A stretch of DNA of 64,000 nt from the NCBI GenBank assembly GCA_963801625.1, contig CAWDFQ010000007.1, forward strand, positions 130,145 to 194,144, in the 5' to 3' direction. Each line of letters begins with the position of its first letter. Position 1 is the first letter of the stretch. The position numbers were made by a program, and so were the translations under genes. The DNA is from an uncultured delta proteobacterium. Lineage in GTDB: Bacteria > Myxococcota_A > UBA9160 > PR03. The notes below the pieces were generated by a model. The model was not told the DNA's origin and made no database searches. It worked only from the letters and a program-made list of their open reading frames with translations. This document shows positions 58,795 through 64,000 of this stretch, one piece after another.

Positions 58795-59229
58795 ATGTCG
58801 ACCCGAACCTGTCCCTGGTGCGCCGAGGAGATCCAGTCCGAGGCGATCAAGTGCCGTTACTGTGGGAGTCGCGTCGCCGGTGGCTTGCGCGATCCCTCCG
58901 AGTGGCACCGCGATCATCCCAACCGCCGGATTGCGGGCGTCTGCGCCGCGATCGCCCATCACATGGCGATCTCCGTGACCGCCGTTCGGGCGGCGTTCGT
59001 GCTCTTCACGCTGCTGCACGGCTTCGGGGTCGTGATCTACGGCGTGCTCTGGTTCGTGCTGCCGAACGAGCCGGGGGGGCGCTCGGGGGTCGATCGCGTC
59101 GTAGAAGCGGCGCGCACCCTGCTCGGCAGCGATGCATCGCGCGATCGCAGCGATGCGCGCGCACCGCGCCCTCCCGATGACCCCGATCGTGGGGGATCCT
59201 CCGGCGGATGGAGTCCGACGAGGAACTGA
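58795..59229 (+). CDS. zinc-ribbon + PspC-domain membrane protein (copy 1)
   Basis: MSTRTCPWCAEEIQSEAIKCRYCGS is a Cys4 ribbon. RRIAGVCAAIAHHMAISVTAVRAAFVLFTLLHGFGVVIYGVLWFVLP is the PspC domain. Confidence 0.8.
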   Translation: MSTRTCPWCAEEIQSEAIKCRYCGSRVAGGLRDPSEWHRDHPNRRIAGVCAAIAHHMAISVTAVRAAFVLFTLLHGFGVVIYGVLWFVLPNEPGGRSGVDRVVEAARTLLGSDASRDRSDARAPRPPDDPDRGGSSGGWSPTRN

Positions 59230-59730
59230 TGCGGGCCGTGGCGCATGGCGACGAGCGCGCACTCGCCTCGCTCGTCGAGCGCTACGCGGCGCGCATCCAC
59301 GCCTTCTTGACGCGCGTGACCGGCGATCGCGACGATGCGGACGATTTGTTGCAGGACACCTGGGTGCGTGTCGCGCGCGGCGCCCGCGGTTTCGACGCCG
59401 CGCGACGGGTGCGACCGTGGCTCTACGGGATCGCGGCGAACCTGGCGCGCGATCTCCAGCGCCGTCGTGCGGTACGGCTGCGCGCGGCGCGAGAAGGCAA
59501 CGTGGCAGCGAACGAGTCGGGATCGACGTTCCGCCCGGTCGAGCGGATCGACATGCGCGAGCGGCTCGCGCGCTTGCCCGAACGACTGCGCGAGGTGCTG
59601 GTGCTGCGATATTTCGACGGACTCGACGAAGCGGAGATGGCGGTGGCGCTGGGCATCCCGCGTGGCACCGTGAAGAGCCGCCTGCACGGCGGCGCTCCGC
59701 GAGCTGCGCCAGAAATGGGAGGCGACATGA
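59208..59730 (+). pseudogene. ECF (sigma-70 family, group IV) sigma factor; one extra G (~59688) fuses it in silico to the anti-sigma ORF
   Basis: Region 2 is DDADDLLQDTWVRVARGARGFD..RPWLYGIAANLARD. Region 4 is LPERLREVLVLRYFDGLDEAEMAVALGIPRGTVKSRLH. After removing one G the tail reads AALRELRQKWEAT*, with a TGA at 59728-59730 overlapping the next ATG. Confidence 0.8.
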
Positions 59731-60227
59731 GTTGCGACGCGTTCCAGCAGCAACTCGACGCGTGTGCGCTCGCGCACGCGCTCGCGCCGGATGGCGACGC
59801 GGCGGCGGTCGAGTCGTTCGCGCACGCCGCGTCGTGCGAAGCGTGCGCCGCCCATCTGGCGTTCTTGCGCGCGCTCGACGCGGAGCTGGCTGCGCTCCCG
59901 CTGGCAGTGGCGCGCGCGTCCGTCGTCGCGACCGCGCAGCAGCGCGCGACACGCGCTTTGCGGGCCCGCGAGCGGCCGCACGGCTTCGGGCGCGAACTCG
60001 CGGCGGCTCTCGCCGTCGCAGTTCTCGCGCTGCCGCTGGTGGTCGCGCAGGCGTTCGTGGTGGTCGAGAGCGGCGCTTGGCTGCTCGCGGGCTGGGTGCC
60101 CCAACCCATCCTGGTGTGGCTCGGCTTCGGCTACCTCGCATCCTTCGCGCTAGGCGTCGGGGCGCTCTATGGATCGATTCCGCTCGTCGTCGCATGGCGC
60201 CGGCGTGCGCTGCTGGAGTGGGCATGA
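59727..60227 (+). CDS. anti-sigma factor (zf-HC2-like N-terminus, two TM helices)
   Basis: MSCDAFQQQLDACALAHAL...HAASCEACAAHLAFL carries the H-x3-C-x2-C motif. The hydrophobic helices are LAAALAVAVLALPLVVAQAFVVV and ILVWLGFGYLASFALGVGALYGSIPLVV. Confidence 0.7.
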   Translation: MSCDAFQQQLDACALAHALAPDGDAAAVESFAHAASCEACAAHLAFLRALDAELAALPLAVARASVVATAQQRATRALRARERPHGFGRELAAALAVAVLALPLVVAQAFVVVESGAWLLAGWVPQPILVWLGFGYLASFALGVGALYGSIPLVVAWRRRALLEWA

Positions 60228-60602
60228 ACGAGAATGGAATGCGCCGTCTCGAAGCGAACGCAGGCACCAAGATCTGCCCGTTCTGCGCCGAGGCGATCCG
60301 CGCCGAAGCGGTCAAGTGTCGCTATTGCGGCAGCATCGTCGAGTCGCGCGCGCAGAGCGGGCTCGCGCGATCCCTGGTTGCGGCCGCGCGAGGGCCGCAA
60401 GATCGCGGGCGTCTGCATGGGTCTCGCCGATCAGTTCGGCATCTCGGTGACGCTGATCCGGCTCGCCTTCATCCTCGGCTTCCTGTTCTCGGTCGGCATT
60501 CCGTTCGTGCTGGTCTACGTCGTGCTGTGGCTCGTGATGCCCGACGCGGACGACGCGCCCAGCCCGCGCGACCGGGTCAGCGACGACTACGGTCCCGATT
60601 AG
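60224..60602 (+). pseudogene. zinc-ribbon + PspC-domain membrane protein (copy 2), one frameshift near 60375
   Basis: MNENGMRRLEANAGTKICPFCAEAIRAEAVKCRYCGSIVESRAQSG is followed in the next frame by DPWLRPREGRKIAGVCMGLADQFGISVTLIRLAFILGFLFSVGIPFVLVYVVLWLVMP. The ATG overlaps the anti-sigma stop. Confidence 0.75.
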
Positions 60603-60634
60603 GCCCGGCGCCCGTCCAGCCGATCCGGGACGGG

Positions 60635-61863
60635 ATGCCGGACGTCTGCGACTTCGTCGAACTCGAGCGCGAGCAGCTGCTCGCCGCAGTGGACGCGCGC
60701 GCGGACGAGGCGCGCGCAGCTGGCGCGCTGGATGTCGGCGCACCCGGAGCTGGCGCTCGAAGAGCACGAGGCGAGCGCCCGCTACCGCGCCTGGCTCAGC
60801 GGCGCGCGGCGTTTCGCGTCGAGTCGCCCGTCGCCGGGATGGACACCGCCTTCGTCGCGACGCACGGCAGCGACGCGGCGCCGCTGCGCGTCGCCTTGCT
60901 CGCGGAGATGGACGCGCTGCCGGAGATCGGCCACGCCTGCGGGCACAGCCTCTCGGGGCCTGCGACGCTGCTCGCCGCATCCGCGCTCGCAGCGGTGCTG
61001 CCCGCCGACGCGCTGCGCCTGCACGTGGTCGGCTGCCCGGCGGAGGAGATCGGGCTCGGCAAGCGGCGGCTCGTCGAGGCCGGCGCCTTCGCCGACGTCG
61101 ACGTCGCGCTGATGGCCCACGCCGCCGGCATGCGGCGCGCGCACCGGCTCTTCCTCGGCAATCGCAAGTTCGAGTTCCGCTACCGAGGGCGCGCGGCGCA
61201 CGCGGCGGCGTATCCCGAGCGCGGCGTGAACGCGCTCGACGCCGTGATCGCGCTCTTCGTCGCGCTCGGGCCTGCTGCGCCAACAGCTTCCGCGCGGCGT
61301 GCGCGTGCACGGCATCGTGAGCGATGGCGGCAAGGCGCCCGAACATCATTCCCGAGCGCGCTGCCGCGCGCGTGTGGGTGCGCGCACTCGACGACGGCGA
61401 ACTCGCGGACGCCGCGCCGCGCGTGGTCGCGTGCGCGCGGGGCGCCGCGACGTCGCGAGCGGTGCACTGCTCGACGTGAGGGAGGAAGAGAGTACGTCGC
61501 CGCCGCTGCTGCCGAACCTCGCGCTCGCCGGCGTCTACCGGCGCCAACTCGAGCGACTCGGTCTCCCCGAGTCGGGTCCCGGCCCAAGCGACGCGATCGG
61601 CTCGAGCGACATCACGCACGTGTCACGCGTGGTGCCGACGATCCATCCCAACTTCCCGATCGGCGACGGCCTCGAGATCCACAGCGCGCGAGTTCGCCGC
61701 GGCGGTGGCGAGCGAAGCGGGCGAGCGCGGCCTCCTCGAAGCTGCGCGGGCTTTGGCCCTCACCGTGCACGAGCTCGCTCGCGATGGCTCGCTGCGCGAA
61801 ACCATCGCCGGCGAATTCGCGGAACGGAGCGGCTCCGCAATTCTCGCATCCAAGCCCTTGTAA
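60635..61863 (+). pseudogene. M20 family metallopeptidase / amidohydrolase (AbgB-like), at least 4 frameshifts
   Basis: Blocks: HPELALEEHEASARY; VAGMDTAFVATHGSDAAPLRVALLAEMDALPEIGHACGHSL; VVGCPAEEIGLGKRRLVEAGAF..VDVALMAHA; FRYRGRAAHAAAYPERGVNALDA; VHGIVSDGGKAPNIIPER; end ELARDGSLRETIAGEFAERSG..*. Confidence 0.75.
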
Positions 61864-61866
61864 ACC

Positions 61867-62580
61867 TTGCCGCGCGCCTCGCTTCCGGCTTACCCTGCGT
61901 GCGGGGGTGAGAGTTTGATCTGCGCGACCCGCTCCAACGCGGAGCTGCGGGGCGCACGTCGTCGCATGGTGCTGCGCCTGTCCCAGGAAGGCGTTCGCGA
62001 TGCACGCGTGCTCGCCGCGCTCGAAGCCGTTCCGCGCCACTGGCTGGTGCCGGAGGCGCTCCGCAGCCAGGCGTACCGCGACAACGCGCTGCCGATCGGC
62101 GGCGGCCAGACGATCTCGGCGCCCTCCACCGTGGCGGCGATGAGTTCCGCGCTGGAACTCGCGGGCGGTGAGCACGTGCTCGAGGTCGGCACCGGCTCGG
62201 GCTACCAGGCCGCCGTGTTGGCGAAACTGGCCGAGCGCGTCGTGTCGATCGAGCGGTTGCCTCGACTCGCCGCCGAGGCGCGCCGCGCGCTCGATCGGCT
62301 CGGCGTGACCAACGTCGTCGTGCACCTCGGCGACGGCTCGCTGGGCCGCCCGGCCGAAGCTCCCTACGACGCGATCGTGATCACCGCCGGCGCGCCGGCC
62401 GTGCCGGAACCGCTGCTCGATCAGCTCGCGCCGGGCGGGTGCCTGGTCGCGCCGGTCGGTCCGCGCGGCGAGCAGCGTCTGGTGCGCATCCGCCGCGGCA
62501 AGGACGACCGTTTCACGCGCGAGGTGCTCGGCCCGTGCCGATTCGTCGACCTCGTCGGTCGACACGGATGGGCCGCCTAA
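61867..62580 (+). CDS. pcm: protein-L-isoaspartate O-methyltransferase (start codon uncertain, ~61867-61915)
   Basis: It carries VLAALEAVPRHWLVPEALRSQAYRDNALPIGGGQTISAPSTVAAM, VLEVGTGSGYQAAVLA (SAM motif I), and ITAGAPAVPEPLLDQLAPGGCLVAPVG. Confidence 0.9.
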   Translation: MPRASLPAYPACGGESLICATRSNAELRGARRRMVLRLSQEGVRDARVLAALEAVPRHWLVPEALRSQAYRDNALPIGGGQTISAPSTVAAMSSALELAGGEHVLEVGTGSGYQAAVLAKLAERVVSIERLPRLAAEARRALDRLGVTNVVVHLGDGSLGRPAEAPYDAIVITAGAPAVPEPLLDQLAPGGCLVAPVGPRGEQRLVRIRRGKDDRFTREVLGPCRFVDLVGRHGWAA

Positions 62581-63279
62581 CTCGCGTCGTCGCGCTGCTC
62601 CTGCTCGCGGGCCTCGCCGCGGGAACGCTCGCGTGCAGCCACGCGCCGAAGGGCAAGGGCGCCTGGCACGTGGTGCAAGCCGGGCGACACGCTTTGGCGA
62701 TTGTCGCAGCGTTACGAGACCTCGGTCGGCGCGATCGAAGGCGCCAACGACGATCTCGACGCGCGCTCGCTGCGCGTCGGCCAGAAGCTGTGGATTCCGC
62801 GCGGCGGCGCCAAGCGACCCGGCGGCTCTGCGCCCAGCGCCGGTCGCTCGCACACCCTCGAGCAGGACGCGGGGGAGCCGTGCGACGCGCTCGCTCGCCA
62901 GGAAAAGCTCGCTTTCGAGTGGCCCGTCCTCGGTCACCTGAGCTCACCCTACGGTGTGGAACGCGGCAATCACGATCACGACGGCATCGACCTGCGTGCC
63001 GAGGAAGGCACACCGATCCACGCCGCCGAAGCCGGCCGTGTCGTCTACGCCGGCGACGAACTCGGCGACTACGGCAAGGTGATCATCATCAAGCACGTGG
63101 GCCGTTGGGCGACGGTCTACGCGCACAATCGCAAGCACTTCGTGGACGAAGGCGAGTTCGTCGAGAAGGGCGACGTGATCGCCGAGGTGGGCGACACTGG
63201 CAACGCCAGCGCGCCGCACCTGCACTTCGAGGTGCGCCGCAACAACGCAACCCGCGACCCGCAGAGCTGCCTGCCCTGA
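62568..63279 (+). pseudogene. nlpD: LysM + M23 peptidase lipoprotein (NlpD-like), one extra base near 62683
   Basis: MGRLTRVVALLLLAGLAAGTLACS is a lipobox. LysM is WHVVQAG/DTLWRLSQRYETSVGAIEGAN..LRVGQKLWIP. M23 is HDGIDLRAEEGTPIHAAEAGRVVYAG..GNASAPHLHFEV. The pcm-nlpD order is classic. Confidence 0.85.
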
Positions 63280-63296
63280 ACTGGAGAAGAACCGCG

Positions 63297-63818
63297 ATGA
63301 ACTCGATCGAGCTGCGCCGCTACGTCCGCGACGTCCCGAACTTCCCGAAGCCGGGAATCCTGTTCCGCGACGTCACCCCGCTACTCGCCGACCGCGTGGC
63401 GCTGCCCGCGGCGGTCGAAGCGCTCGCTGCGCCCTTCCGGGAGGAGGGCATCGAACAGGTGCTCGGCATCGAGTCGCGTGGCTTCGTGCTCGGCGCGCCC
63501 GTGGCGCTGGCGCTCGGCGCCGGCTTCACCCTGGTGCGCAAGCAGGGCAAGCTCCCCTACCAGACGCGCAGCGTCACCTACGACCTCGAGTACGGTACCG
63601 ACACCGTCGAGATGCACATCGACGCGGTGACGCCCGGCCAGCGCGTGCTGATCGTCGACGACCTGATCGCCACCGGCGGCACCGCCGCCGCCGCCGTGAA
63701 GCTCGCGCGCGAAGCCGGCGCGCAGGTGGTGGGGTGCGTGTTCCTGATCGAGCTGGCGGCTCTGGGCGGTCGCGCGCAACTCGGCGTCGAGCGCGTGCAC
63801 GTGGTGATGGAGTACTGA
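63297..63818 (+). CDS. apt: adenine phosphoribosyltransferase
   Basis: Intact 173-aa ORF with FPKPGILFRDVTPLL, GIESRGFVLGAPVALALG, and the PRPP motif VLIVDDLIATGGTA. Confidence 0.93.
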   Translation: MNSIELRRYVRDVPNFPKPGILFRDVTPLLADRVALPAAVEALAAPFREEGIEQVLGIESRGFVLGAPVALALGAGFTLVRKQGKLPYQTRSVTYDLEYGTDTVEMHIDAVTPGQRVLIVDDLIATGGTAAAAVKLAREAGAQVVGCVFLIELAALGGRAQLGVERVHVVMEY

Positions 63819-63845
63819 AGCAGTTTCCTTATGATCCACCCCGCC

Positions 63846-63922
63846 GCCCCCGTAGCTCAGATGGATAGAGCAGCGGTTTCCTAAACCGTTTGTCGTCGGT
63901 TCGACTCCGGCCGGGGGCGCCA
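63846..63922 (+). tRNA. tRNA-Arg (anticodon CCT)
   Basis: Acceptor stem GCCCCCG/CGGGGGC. D-arm TAGCTCAGATGGATAGAGC. Anticodon stem GCGGT/ACCGT with loop TTCCTAA. T-arm GGTTCGACTCC. Encoded CCA end. Confidence 0.92.
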
Positions 63923-64000
63923 GTGCGAAGCCGAGAAATCGCTATTTCGGACGCAAGGTTACGCGCTTCCACGGGGGCGACCGGAGCGTCGGTCGGGAGC

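Noticed and set aside
59208-60227. A natural sigma/anti-sigma fusion protein (a single 339-aa ORF).
   Set aside because: Deleting one G near 59688 restores a canonical sigma region-4 C-terminus and an ATGA stop/start overlap. The window contains many comparable single-base lesions.

Overview
This is a 64-kb high-GC bacterial chromosome segment (roughly 68-70 % GC by eye, visibly lower in three patches).

**Backbone at the edges.** The left edge carries pheT (3' part), ihfA, a MerR regulator and tRNA-Pro(GGG). The right edge carries an M20 peptidase, pcm, nlpD, apt and tRNA-Arg(CCT). This synteny plus a PEP-CTERM remnant suggests a deltaproteobacterial or Myxococcota-like host, which is inference only.

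**Interior mosaic, left to right:**
- A tRNA-Pro-adjacent junkyard with CDF and PPK2 remnants.
- A decayed GH144-like glucanase and a decayed MerA-like flavoprotein.
- An intact ClC channel.
- A NUDIX gene followed by a degenerate group II intron.
- A conjugative-element remnant: a DUF3363 fragment and two tyrosine-recombinase fragments.
- Two ~0.84-kb direct copies of a vapBC toxin-antitoxin module, 29.7 kb apart.
- A redox/metal stress patch: CoA-disulfide reductase, a caleosin-like protein, an F420-type nitroreductase, an OYE/FadH-like reductase, rcnR'-rcnA, Fe/Mn-SOD, OsmC and a ferritin-like protein.
- A partly deleted pentose-phosphate cluster (gnd-pgl-tkt'-tal'-pgi).
- A heavily frameshifted GH94-like phosphorylase paired with an F5/8C/six-hairpin glycosidase.
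- A lower-GC patch with a sulfotransferase and a BtrH_N/DUF4872 protein.
- A DUF2339 protein and an intact GH38 mannosidase.
- A TetR-SDR-amine oxidase-DMT operon.
- A module of zinc-ribbon-PspC, ECF sigma, anti-sigma and a second zinc-ribbon-PspC.

**Not seen.** I found no rRNA, CRISPR array, intact transposase or phage structural genes.

**Gene decay.** About one third of the recognisable genes are disrupted by single-base frameshifts or clean internal deletions. Neighbouring multi-kb genes are perfectly intact.

**ORF track.** Most long Arg/Ala/Pro-rich ORFs in the supplied track are GC-driven shadow frames and were ignored.
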